From: an uncultured archaeon
GTDB taxonomy: Archaea; Thermoproteota; Nitrososphaeria; Nitrososphaerales; Gagatemarchaeaceae
Reading direction: 5' to 3'
NCBI GenBank assembly: GCA_963817525.1
Contig: CAWFOU010000001.1
Span: forward strand, 1,056,001 to 1,120,000
Length of the DNA stretch: 64,000 nt
The position numbers and the translations under genes were made by a program. Positions 1 through 8,358 of this stretch are shown one piece after another (position 1 is the stretch's first letter; each line of letters starts with the position of its first letter). The notes beneath the pieces were generated by a model. It was not told where the DNA came from. It was given only the letters and a program-made list of their open reading frames with translations, and did no database searches.

Positions 1-429
1 GAAAGGGTGGGGATGAGCGACGAGGCGGCGATGGGCGGCTCGATGGGGGCCTTGAAGGCTCGGTCGTTCGGCCCTCCGCCCCACTGTGTAATCATCCCCG
101 GCCGGTTGCACTTTACAGAGGAGGAGGCGCTGGCGGCCATCCTCAAGGTCGACAAGAAGGACATTGTCGACAACTCGGCGGGCGTGAAGCGCACAGCACA
201 GGTGCTCGTGCCTCGCTACGTTGAAAAAGCCAGGCGGGCGCTCGAGGAGGCGAGGGCGGCCTTGAAGGACAAGCACAAGGAGCTGCTGGATAACGCGGAG
301 CTCTATCTCAAGGACTCGGAGAATTTCCTGGCGAACGACCAGGACGAGCTCGCCATGCTCAGCGTGGGGTATGCGGAGGGGCTCGTCGACGCCCTCTCCT
401 TCACCGGCGAGGTGAAGCTGACCTGGTGA
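1..429 (+). CDS. dph5: Diphthine synthase C-terminal part fused to a DUF357 domain (5' end outside window)
   Basis: FGPPPHCVIIPGRLHFTEEEAL matches the Dph5 C-terminus; ELYLKDSENFL...AMLSVGYAEGLVDAL matches DUF357. Confidence 0.8.
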   Translation, partial: ERVGMSDEAAMGGSMGALKARSFGPPPHCVIIPGRLHFTEEEALAAILKVDKKDIVDNSAGVKRTAQVLVPRYVEKARRALEEARAALKDKHKELLDNAELYLKDSENFLANDQDELAMLSVGYAEGLVDALSFTGEVKLTW

Positions 430-1052
430 GCAGGGCTGAGGGCGGTGGCCGGGTCGCCCCCTTGGACATCGTGAGGGCGGTCTACGTCGCCAGCCTGAGG
501 GACGGGGCGGCACGTGCGGGGGCGATAGGAGAGGCGCTTGGAGTGCCGCTCTCCTCGGTCCGTGCGGCGCTGCGCGAGGCGGCGGCGAGGGGGTTCGTAA
601 AGGCGAGGGGAGGGTCGGTGGAGCTCACCCCCGGTGGGCGGAGAAGGCTCAAGGTCGTGATGCTCGGCGGCGCGTTCGAGATAATCCACCCTGGCCACGT
701 CCACGCCCTTTCGGAGGCGAGAGGGCTCGGTAACACGCTCGTGGTCGTGGTGGCGACGGACGAGAGCGTCGAGCGAAACAAGGGCAGGCCGCCGGCGACC
801 GACCAGGCCCTGAGGATGGCGCTGGTCTCTTCCCTCAGACAGGTCGACCTGACGGTCGCAGGGAACAAGGGGAGCATCTACGACATACTGGTCAAGATAA
901 GGCCCGACGTAGTGGCCATCGGCTACGACCAACGTCACAACGGGGACGAGATAGTCCGCGAGGCCGCGAGGAGGGGCGTGATCGTGTCGACGGCTCGACT
1001 CGGGTCGCCGAACCCCGAGCTGAAGACCTCGAAGATCCTGATGTCCTTCTAG
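426..1052 (+). CDS. ribL: FAD synthase (cytidylyltransferase-like) with N-terminal winged-helix domain
   Basis: GGAFEIIHPGH (HxGH) motif, LVVVVATD, IRPDVVAIGYDQ, KTSKI; GTGA overlap with upstream stop; next to riboflavin kinase. Confidence 0.8.
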   Translation: MSRAEGGGRVAPLDIVRAVYVASLRDGAARAGAIGEALGVPLSSVRAALREAAARGFVKARGGSVELTPGGRRRLKVVMLGGAFEIIHPGHVHALSEARGLGNTLVVVVATDESVERNKGRPPATDQALRMALVSSLRQVDLTVAGNKGSIYDILVKIRPDVVAIGYDQRHNGDEIVREAARRGVIVSTARLGSPNPELKTSKILMSF

Positions 1053-1057
1053 GCGGT

Positions 1058-1744
1058 TCAGCTAGGCAGGACGTCCAGCTCAAGGGCCTCGCCGCTCTTC
1101 AATCCCAGGGCGCCGCGTAGGTACTCCGGCGAGATTATCTCCAGGACGCTGTCGTCGTAGTGGGTCCGGTCGATCACAAGGACTGCGCCTGGCAGACGCT
1201 TCTTGCCTATGGTGGCCCGGTAGCACCTGGCCCCGCCATAGGTCCTCCCGTCGCGCTGGAACCCCTCAATCCGCAGGCCGTCGAACCCCCTAAGCTCCTT
1301 CTTGAGCTCGACCTGGTCCGGGCTCTCGAGCTTCACGTTCAAAGTCCCCGCGTATGGCACGAATCCACAGGCCTTGGCCAGCTGGGTCTTGTAGGCCTCC
1401 AGGCCTATGTAGTACGCCCCCTCTCCCAGCCCCTGGAAGACCTTGCCGACGAAGGCCATCTTCCGCCTCGGCTTGCGCTCCAGGGCGGCCTTCAGGCTGG
1501 AGTAGTATGCGCGGACGATTTCTTGCCCCGCCTCGGTCATCCTCACCGAGAACTTCGCCCCTGACCGCCGCCTCTCGACGTACCCCAGCGACTCGAGCTG
1601 CTGCAAGTGCTTGGAAGCCGACTGCTGGCTCTGGCCGAGCTTCTCTGCTAGCTCCTCGGTCGAGAGGGGGACGAACCCCAGGTGGGCTTTGAGCTTCGCG
1701 AGCTCGACAAGCGTCGGGATGAGGACGGGTTTGATCTTCTCCAA
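1058..1744 (-). CDS. ribK: CTP-dependent riboflavin kinase with N-terminal HTH (RbkR-like)
   Basis: STEELAEKLGQSQQSASKHL HTH; GKVFQGLGEGAYY, PYAGTLN, RTHYDDSVLEIISPEYLR. Start TTG 1744 chosen; ORF track extends to 1828. Confidence 0.88.
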   Translation of the reverse strand: MEKIKPVLIPTLVELAKLKAHLGFVPLSTEELAEKLGQSQQSASKHLQQLESLGYVERRRSGAKFSVRMTEAGQEIVRAYYSSLKAALERKPRRKMAFVGKVFQGLGEGAYYIGLEAYKTQLAKACGFVPYAGTLNVKLESPDQVELKKELRGFDGLRIEGFQRDGRTYGGARCYRATIGKKRLPGAVLVIDRTHYDDSVLEIISPEYLRGALGLKSGEALELDVLPS

Positions 1745-1900
1745 CTTTATCGTACTCTTTTCTTGCGCGGACGAGCGGGCGAGCCGCTCCGGCCCGGATA
1801 TAAGTCCGCAGGGTCGGTCGCACCGCATCGCCTTTAATAGCCTGCCCCCGCGCCGGGCCCAGGTAGTCGCGCCTTGCAGGACAACTCTTCACGAGAAGCG

Positions 1901-2602
1901 ATGCTCGCACAGGAGCAGGCAGTCATCCGCCGCGGGCCCGGCCTCCGCAAGGGGGTGGAGGCGGCTTTCGGGGCGGGCGGAGAGAGCGAGGGCACGCTGG
2001 TCCTCACTGACCAGAGGCTGGTCTACGTCCACGGCAACGAAAAGGAGGAAGACCTCCGGATCGGCAGCTGGAGCGCAAAGCGCCTCTACTTCTCCGACGT
2101 GGATGACCTCGACTCGATGTCCCTCGACTCTGAGAGCCTGGAGATTCCGCTCAAGAGTGTGGTGAAGGTGACCGGCCACCGCGTGGAGGCGATGGCGCCC
2201 AAGCTAGTCGTGGACTGGACCGACGGAGGGGGAAAGCAGTCGACCGAGTTCGTCCAGCAGATAACGGGTGGCTCGCGGAGCAAGAACCTCAACGACTGGG
2301 CGAAGGTGATCGAGATGCTAAAGGCGAACCAGCTTGAGATAAGGCCTCTGCCGCCGGCGCCGAGCACCGAAACCCTCGATGGGAAGGTACTGGCCGTGCT
2401 CGGGGACATGCAGGAGAAAGGCCCGATGGTGATCGAGGAAGAGGTGGAGGAGCACTACAAGCTCGACCTCGACCCGGACGATGTAGAAGCGGCCTGCAAC
2501 AGGCTCGTCGCGGCTGGCCTGGCGCGAAAGGCTGCGCCCTCCGGCGAGGACCCGTACTACAGGAAGGTCTCCTCGCTAGGGGACTATGACCTCAGCGGCT
2601 GA
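1901..2602 (+). CDS. Hypothetical protein: PH/GRAM-like N-terminal domain plus C-terminal winged helix
   Basis: EGTLVLTDQRLVYV...LEIPLKSVVKV resembles PH/GRAM strands; C-terminal DVEAACNRLVAAGL resembles wHTH; host-like codon usage. Confidence 0.6.
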   Translation: MLAQEQAVIRRGPGLRKGVEAAFGAGGESEGTLVLTDQRLVYVHGNEKEEDLRIGSWSAKRLYFSDVDDLDSMSLDSESLEIPLKSVVKVTGHRVEAMAPKLVVDWTDGGGKQSTEFVQQITGGSRSKNLNDWAKVIEMLKANQLEIRPLPPAPSTETLDGKVLAVLGDMQEKGPMVIEEEVEEHYKLDLDPDDVEAACNRLVAAGLARKAAPSGEDPYYRKVSSLGDYDLSG

Positions 2603-2612
2603 CCGTCAGGGA

Positions 2613-3311
2613 TCAGGACCTGCTAGGTTTCTTCTTCGCCTTTGAGGCGCTCCGCTCGAGCGAGGCCTGGAGGCCTTGGATCGAGGAGACTATCAGCGAC
2701 CTCCTGGCCTCCTCCGCCATCACCCCCCGGACGTCCTCCGTGAGCATCCTGTCGACGTCGATCTTCCTTCGCACGCCGTTGGCGACGTGGTCGTAGACCG
2801 CGAAGGGGGAGAGGGTGGAGTAGAGGGCCTCCATGAGCTCGAAGTACCTCCTTGCCTTGTCTATCTCCGACCGCATTACGGAGTCAAGCAGTAGCCTCTT
2901 CGCCTCGCCGACAGTGTCGAGGAGGCCCATCAGGTAGCCCTCCCCCGAGACGCCCAGGTCCTTGGCCGTCGGGATCGGCTTCCCCAGCACGATGGCTTCG
3001 ACGGAGGACGCCTCGACGAACTCCGCCTCCGGAGAGGGCAAGTACCTCGAGAGCCCCCCCACCGTGGCCTCCTTCCTCATCCCCTTCAGGACCTTCTCCG
3101 CCTCCTTGATCTCCCTGTGGGCCTCCTCGTGCCTCCCCGTGTGGATGTGCACGATGGCCTTCGAGCAGAACGAGATGCAGTCCCTCGAGGTCTTGAGGAT
3201 CCTCTCCCTCCTGGCGAGGACTTCCTGCAGGTTTGCCTCGATCTCCTTCAGCGAATCTTCGACTCCAAGTTCCAAAGTGGTCTTCGACATCTGAGGGAAC
3301 GACGGAGACAT
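2613..3311 (-). CDS. Translin/Trax family protein
   Basis: RERILKTSRD, EAEFVEA, YLMGLLDTVGEAKR, RRKIDVDR motifs. Confidence 0.88.
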   Translation of the reverse strand: MSPSFPQMSKTTLELGVEDSLKEIEANLQEVLARRERILKTSRDCISFCSKAIVHIHTGRHEEAHREIKEAEKVLKGMRKEATVGGLSRYLPSPEAEFVEASSVEAIVLGKPIPTAKDLGVSGEGYLMGLLDTVGEAKRLLLDSVMRSEIDKARRYFELMEALYSTLSPFAVYDHVANGVRRKIDVDRMLTEDVRGVMAEEARRSLIVSSIQGLQASLERSASKAKKKPSRS

Positions 3312-3448
3312 AAGTCTGCCCCCTGGGGAGCGATGTCTCTATAACTGACTCGAGGGCGGTGCCCCCGTTTGGTGTCCTGGTATCAAGAAGAAAAACCATT
3401 CTTCTGCAAGTTATGCGGGAAGCCGTTCAAGGGGCGAGCTCCGAGAAG

Positions 3449-3745
3449 TTGCCTAACCTGAATTATAACAAGGGCCGATCAAAAGAATATCGGGTGATGG
3501 AGTTGCTGAGGGAAGACGGATGGGTGGTCGCGAGGACCGCGGGCTCTCACAGCCCCGTCGACGTGTTCGCGGCAAAGCTCGGCGCGACCCTGCTGGTCCA
3601 GGTTAAGAACGGCAAGGCTAGGATGAAGGCCCAGGAGGCCAAGGAATTGGTTAAATGGGCAGAGGCGTTCAACGCCGACGCAGAGATTTGGCACTTCAAA
3701 GGCCGGGGTCACCTGGAGAAGAGGCGCCTCCGCGCACGGAAGTGA
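3449..3745 (+). CDS. Hjc-like Holliday junction resolvase / PD-(D/E)xK nuclease
   Basis: KGRSKEYRVMELLREDGWVVARTAGSHSPVDVFAAK...LLVQVK; start uncertain (TTG 3449 or ATG 3413). Confidence 0.75.
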   Translation: MPNLNYNKGRSKEYRVMELLREDGWVVARTAGSHSPVDVFAAKLGATLLVQVKNGKARMKAQEAKELVKWAEAFNADAEIWHFKGRGHLEKRRLRARK

Positions 3746-3752
3746 GACCTCC

Positions 3753-3902
3753 TTGGAACTGAAGTGCTACCTTTGCGACTCCGCACTCAAGGCGGACGCC
3801 AAGCCCTTCAAGATCGGCACGAAGGAGGAGTACATCTGCGTCTCGTGCTTCACGAAGACCGTGAACAGGCGCGCCGCACTCGATAAGGAAAAGACCGGCT
3901 AG
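3753..3902 (+). CDS. Small zinc-finger protein (49 aa), not in ORF track
   Basis: TTG-ELKCYLCDSALKADAKPFKIGTKEEYICVSCFTKTVNRRAALDKEKTG-TAG; two CxxC pairs; fills the gap between flanking genes. Confidence 0.65.
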   Translation: MELKCYLCDSALKADAKPFKIGTKEEYICVSCFTKTVNRRAALDKEKTG

Positions 3903-3903
3903 C

Positions 3904-4257
3904 CTAGGAGGCGACGAAGCACTTGTTGAGCTGCTCGATCACCGAAGTGCATAGCTCGACCTTCTCTTCGTCTTCGCACATCGAATAGTACAGGCGGGCC
4001 TTTTCATATTCCGGGAGGGCTCGGATGGCGTTCGCGACGTCGCTGCTCGTCTCCCCGAGCGAGAGGAGACCGCTCATCTCATACCACTCGGCTGCGCTCG
4101 CGTACTCGCCGAGGCCCTCGAAGCAGGCTGCGATCCACCTGCACAGGTTGACCCTCTGCTCCGGAGACTGGAGCTTGCCGAACTCCTCCTTCAGGAGGAT
4201 CGCGGCCACGTCCCTCTGCCCCAACTTCGCCATGTGCAGGACGTCGGAGAAGCTCAT
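3904..4257 (-). CDS. Hypothetical alpha-helical (TPR/SNAP-like) protein
   Basis: WIAACFEGLGEYASAAEWYE helical-repeat pattern; AT-rich promoter-like tract upstream. Confidence 0.6.
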   Translation of the reverse strand: MSFSDVLHMAKLGQRDVAAILLKEEFGKLQSPEQRVNLCRWIAACFEGLGEYASAAEWYEMSGLLSLGETSSDVANAIRALPEYEKARLYYSMCEDEEKVELCTSVIEQLNKCFVAS

Positions 4258-4324
4258 CGGTGGTGGGTTCCCACGGCAGAGTTAACTCGTAGGAACTCTA
4301 TATTGTTTGAACTCTTTATCAAAC

Positions 4325-4834
4325 CTATTGCTTCCTCTGGGCGAGAGCCGCCTGCCTCATCTTCCTCCTGGCGAGCGCCTCTCGATACCTCCTCCTCTCG
4401 GCGGCCGTCTGCGGGATGACCGGCTCGACCAGGCTGGGCTTGCCGTTCCCGTCGAGGGCGACGAAGGTGAGGTAGCAGGAGCCCGTGTGCGCGGTCGCGC
4501 CGGTGAGGGGGTCCTCGGCCTCAATCCGGACTCCGACCTCCATGGAGGTCTTGCCGACGTAGTTGACCGCGGCCTTCAGTATCAAGAGGTTCCCCACGTA
4601 GACGGGCGCGTAGAAGTCCATCCTGTCGATTGAGGCGGTGACGACGTTCTTCCTCGCGTGGTGGAAGGCCACGATCCCCGCGACCTCGTCCATGTACCTC
4701 ATTATCGCCCCACCGAAGACGTTGCCCAGGACGTTCCCGTCGGTCGGCATCATCAGCCTCACCGTCGTCATCTGGGACACAGAGACGTGCTTACCTCCGG
4801 CGTTGCGGCTCATGGCTGGCTGTGGAATGCGCAA
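4325..4834 (-). CDS. Acyl-CoA thioesterase (hotdog fold)
   Basis: PTDGNVLGNVFGGAIMRYMDE, VTASID, GKTSMEVGV. Confidence 0.92.
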   Translation of the reverse strand: MRIPQPAMSRNAGGKHVSVSQMTTVRLMMPTDGNVLGNVFGGAIMRYMDEVAGIVAFHHARKNVVTASIDRMDFYAPVYVGNLLILKAAVNYVGKTSMEVGVRIEAEDPLTGATAHTGSCYLTFVALDGNGKPSLVEPVIPQTAAERRRYREALARRKMRQAALAQRKQ

Positions 4835-4875
4835 TGCTTGATAAAGCTGATTCGTCCCTTCGATAGTGGAAGCCC

Positions 4876-5526
4876 TTGGAGTATATCACGCCCGAAGAGA
4901 TGAGCGAGCTCGAGAGGGGCGCCGCCGGGTACGGCCTGAGCGTCAAGGAGCTCATGGAGAATGCGGGCGGGGGCGTAGCGGATTTCGTCCTGTCCAGGTT
5001 CGGCTCGGCGGGGCGAGTCTGCGTGGTGTGCGGGGGAGGGAACAACGGCGGGGACGGGTTCGTGGCCGCCAGACACCTCGCATCGCGCTGCGTCGTCGAC
5101 GTCGTCCTACTAACGCCGCCTGACAAGATCAGGATGGAGGAGGCCAGGGAGAACTGGAGGGCGCTCGAGGGGACGGGGGCGAGTCTCCACCTGGCGGAAG
5201 ACGTGGCGGCCCTTGAGCAGGAGGCGGGCCTTTTCACCTCCGCTGGGCTGATAGTCGTGGCTATATTCGGGACTGGCGTAAAGGGTGGGGTCGTGAAGGA
5301 GCCCTACGCATCTGCCATATCGATGGTGAACGCCGCGAGGGCAGTCAAGGTGGCGGTCGACCTCCCCTCCGGGATTGACCCTGCGACCGGGGCCGCGAGC
5401 GACCCGACGGTGAGGGCCGACTATACCGTCGCGCTGCACCTTCCGAAGGTAGGCCTCAGAGGGCGGGAGGAGTTCACGGGAGAGGTGGTCGTGGTGCCCA
5501 TCGGGATCAGGGGAACGCGGGCTTGA
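4876..5526 (+). CDS. nnrE: NAD(P)H-hydrate epimerase (YjeF N-terminal domain)
   Basis: LMENAG, CGGGNNGGDG, AIFGTG, AVDLPSG. Confidence 0.9.
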   Translation: MEYITPEEMSELERGAAGYGLSVKELMENAGGGVADFVLSRFGSAGRVCVVCGGGNNGGDGFVAARHLASRCVVDVVLLTPPDKIRMEEARENWRALEGTGASLHLAEDVAALEQEAGLFTSAGLIVVAIFGTGVKGGVVKEPYASAISMVNAARAVKVAVDLPSGIDPATGAASDPTVRADYTVALHLPKVGLRGREEFTGEVVVVPIGIRGTRA

Positions 5527-6134
5527 AGGTGTTCCAGATTCCCGTCGGTCCGATGCAGAACTTCGTCTACTTGGTGGAGGACGAGGAGAGCAGGGAGGCC
5601 ATAGCGATCGACTCGGGGTGGGAGACCCAGCCCATCGCCAAGGTCGCCGCCGCGGAGGGGATGAAGGTGAAGTATGTCGCGGCCACCCACGGGCATTTTG
5701 ACCACGTGAAGACACTGGGCCAGCTCGCCGCGGAGCTCGGGGCGGAGACGGTGGCCTTCGAGGGCTCCGAGGTCGACGCGAAGATAAAGGTCCGCGACGG
5801 TGAGGTCCTGAAGCTCGGCGAGAAAGGCGTGAAGGTCATCCACACGCCGGGGCACACCGAGGACAGCGTCTGCTACTACACCGGGAGCGACCTCTTCACG
5901 GGGGACACGCTCTTCATCGAGGCGTGGGGGCGCACCGACCTGCCCGGAGGCTCCCCCGAGAAGCTGTATTCGAGCCTGCACGGTGTGATAATGCGCTTGC
6001 CCGCGACGACGATGATCTACCCCGGGCACGACTATGGCGACGTCCGCTTCAGGACTCTCGCGGACGAGGCGGTCAAGAACAAGGCGCTGCGCGCGAAGAC
6101 CTTAGACCAGTTCAAGAAGCTGGTGCAGGCCTGA
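5523..6134 (+). CDS. MBL-fold metallo-hydrolase (glyoxalase II-like)
   Basis: THGHFDH, HTPGHT, TGDTLF, YPGHDY. Confidence 0.9.
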   Translation: MKVFQIPVGPMQNFVYLVEDEESREAIAIDSGWETQPIAKVAAAEGMKVKYVAATHGHFDHVKTLGQLAAELGAETVAFEGSEVDAKIKVRDGEVLKLGEKGVKVIHTPGHTEDSVCYYTGSDLFTGDTLFIEAWGRTDLPGGSPEKLYSSLHGVIMRLPATTMIYPGHDYGDVRFRTLADEAVKNKALRAKTLDQFKKLVQA

Positions 6135-6141
6135 CGGCGAG

Positions 6142-7167
6142 CTAGCCGAACCACTTCTCGAGGGTCTCGCTCTTGGAGCTCTCGAGCCCGACCACCCTCT
6201 TTACAGCGGCGTCTACACGGTCAGGGGAGAAGGAGTGCTCGTCGACCAAAAAGGCCCTTACCGCGTCGGGCTTCATCTCTCCCCAGGAGGGGACGATGCC
6301 CTTCTTGGCGGGCGGGTGGAGGAAGAGGTTCCTTATCGCTTGGTAGTCGATCTTCGCGACCTCGTCCTTCAGCGGCTCGATCTTGTCTAAGGAGTGGTAG
6401 GTCTTGAGCAGCTTCATCCCCTTCACCGGGCCTATGCCCTTGAACCCGTCGGGGTTGAAGTCCGTCCCCATCAGTATGCCAAAGTCGATCAGCTGCTCCC
6501 TGGTCATGTCGAGCACCTTCAGGGTCTCCTCGAGGCTGATGGTCTCCGGCTCTACCTCGATGAATATCCCCTTGCTGGGGAGCCTCCTCCTCCCGGAGAT
6601 GGTGATGTTCCTCGCGAGGAGCGGCGCCCCGAATAGGAGCGAGTCGTGGTCCTGCGAGCCGACCGCGTCGACGGTCCCCTCCGTGGCCATCACGGCGGCC
6701 TGGGCTTCGCCCTCGGAGGGGGCGTCCACCCACGGGATGCCCATGGCTTCGAGGAGCTGCTTGGATTCGACCACCATGTCCTGCCGGAGGGAGGTGGAGG
6801 CCTCCGCGTACTTCCTAGCGGCGGGCAGGTCGCCCGCTTCCACCGCAACGACGTACTGACGCTTGGCCTCGTCCCGCCTCTCTCTTCGCCTCTCGATCTC
6901 CGTGGTCTTGAGCTCGGGCGGGGCCCCGTCGAAGACGTAGACGAGCTTCATGTTGAGCTCTAGCAGGTTGATGTTCCTGTAGAAGAGCCCGCTGAGGTGG
7001 CTGGTCACCCTCCCACGAGAGTCCTTGAGATGCTCTCCGCCCACGCCCCGGATAATCGCAAGGAACTGGTATAGGGTGTTGTAGGCGTCGATGGCTATCT
7101 TCTTGTTGCTGAGGGCCTCGAGGGGGACCTTCTTCCTCGGCAGGACGTCACCGAGGTCTACGCCCAA
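6142..7167 (-). CDS. fen: Flap endonuclease 1
   Basis: IAIDAYNTLYQFL, APSEGEAQA, SQDHD, GTDF, GIGP; C-terminal PIP-like ETLEKWF. Confidence 0.96.
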   Translation of the reverse strand: MGVDLGDVLPRKKVPLEALSNKKIAIDAYNTLYQFLAIIRGVGGEHLKDSRGRVTSHLSGLFYRNINLLELNMKLVYVFDGAPPELKTTEIERRRERRDEAKRQYVVAVEAGDLPAARKYAEASTSLRQDMVVESKQLLEAMGIPWVDAPSEGEAQAAVMATEGTVDAVGSQDHDSLLFGAPLLARNITISGRRRLPSKGIFIEVEPETISLEETLKVLDMTREQLIDFGILMGTDFNPDGFKGIGPVKGMKLLKTYHSLDKIEPLKDEVAKIDYQAIRNLFLHPPAKKGIVPSWGEMKPDAVRAFLVDEHSFSPDRVDAAVKRVVGLESSKSETLEKWFG

Positions 7168-7248
7168 CTGACGAGCTTCACCCGACCGCTGGCCATCTTT
7201 GCAGATTCCCCTGCCGGAGCGCGCTCCCGCGGGCTAAAAAAAGTAGTC

Positions 7249-7485
7249 TCACTCTGCGTATCTGACGGGGGCCGCGGCGGCCTCCACGAACTCGATCCTC
7301 CGCTTCTCCTTGGCCACCCACCTCACCGTTATCGAGCCCTGGATCTCGAGGTCGAGGAGCGCCTTGTTCAGCTCGTGGACGGAGTAGCCGCCGGACTTTT
7401 CGAGGATTGTGAGCAGCTCTTCGTCCGTCGCGTGCTTCTTCTCCTTGACCAACTCGTAGACGGCAAAACGCAGCGGGGGCTTCAA
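7249..7485 (-). CDS. Small winged-helix protein
   Basis: ELNKALLDLEIQGSITVRW wHTH pattern. Confidence 0.7.
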   Translation of the reverse strand: MKPPLRFAVYELVKEKKHATDEELLTILEKSGGYSVHELNKALLDLEIQGSITVRWVAKEKRRIEFVEAAAAPVRYAE

Positions 7486-7565
7486 ATCTCTAACAACACT
7501 CTATGCGGGCTGATACCTTAGGACGACCTCCGGGACTCTGGCCCGGGTTATAAAGCTTCGAGGCC

Positions 7566-7822
7566 GTTGGTGTGCGTCTTCGGGAGATGACGCGGATTGG
7601 CGCTTTTATCATGAACCAAGCCACTCTCCCATGCGAGTGACTCGCATCGGAGGCCGCCGAGGTTCGTCGGTTTCCGTCCTTCTACCCTGTGGAGGTGACT
7701 CTTCATGGTAGAGGCGAGGAAGGGCTTGCAGGTGAAGCAATGGTACAGGAACGGGTCTGGTAGCCCTAATCCTGAAAGTCGATGCAAGCAAGGAGCGCCG
7801 TCTCCTGATGACGCGCCAGAAC
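7566..7822. mobile_element. MITE-like element with imperfect terminal inverted repeats and 7-bp flanking direct repeat; may encode a structured RNA
   Basis: Left end gttggtgtgcgtcttcgggagatgacgc pairs with right end gcgccgtctcctgatgacgcgccagaac; CGAGGCC at 7559-7565 and 7823-7829; nested internal stems; no credible ORF. Confidence 0.65.
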
Positions 7823-7834
7823 CGAGGCCTTGTG

Positions 7835-8119
7835 TCAGACCTTGAGTTGGCTCGACATCCTGCTCACGCCCATCAGGTCTGACTGGGTCACGAGAGGAGC
7901 CTTTGCGACCGCCTGCTCCACCTTGTCGACCATGCCATCTTCCTCTGGGGCGATGATGTCTATTATGAGCGCGTACAACCCGAAGGCGATCGGGTCGACC
8001 TTGCTGCCCTTCAGCTGCATCTCCTTCCCGAGGACACTCTTCACAGAATCTAGAAGGCTGTCTGACGGGATCTCGGGGCCCGACGGCATCACTTTCACGC
8101 GAACTACGTAGGATCCCAT
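7835..8119 (-). CDS. ef1b: Translation elongation factor 1-beta
   Basis: VKVMPSGPE...DPIAFGLYAL; ATG at 8119 (ORF track over-extends). Confidence 0.92.
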   Translation of the reverse strand: MGSYVVRVKVMPSGPEIPSDSLLDSVKSVLGKEMQLKGSKVDPIAFGLYALIIDIIAPEEDGMVDKVEQAVAKAPLVTQSDLMGVSRMSSQLKV

Positions 8120-8121
8120 CG

Positions 8122-8304
8122 CTATGGTCCCTCGAACCCGCAGTTGACGCACTTGTATCTCCTTGAGAACTTGCGGCACTTTTCGCATCGCCAGACTAAG
8201 AGCTGGCTGCAGCTGGGGCAGCGGAACTTCGAGGCCTTCTCCCCAGGCATGATGGGCCGGTTGCAAGAGGTGCAGACCGGGAGCGCGACCGACCTTTGCG
8301 ACAA
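8122..8304 (-). CDS. DUF1610-type zinc-finger protein
   Basis: CTSC..CPSC..RCEKCR..YKCVNCGFEGP; usual position upstream of ef1b. Confidence 0.9.
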   Translation of the reverse strand: MSQRSVALPVCTSCNRPIMPGEKASKFRCPSCSQLLVWRCEKCRKFSRRYKCVNCGFEGP

Positions 8305-8358
8305 GCTGGAAAGGCCCCGCCGAGGCTAGGAATTATACCTTCCGAGGCCCGCCATGGC

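Noticed and set aside
7560-7835. SRP RNA, RNase P RNA, cobalamin riboswitch or hammerhead ribozyme
   Set aside because: No SRP helix-8 motif, no RNase P P4 pairing, and CUGAUGA at 7805 lacks a properly placed GAAA and stem; only fragmentary resemblance.
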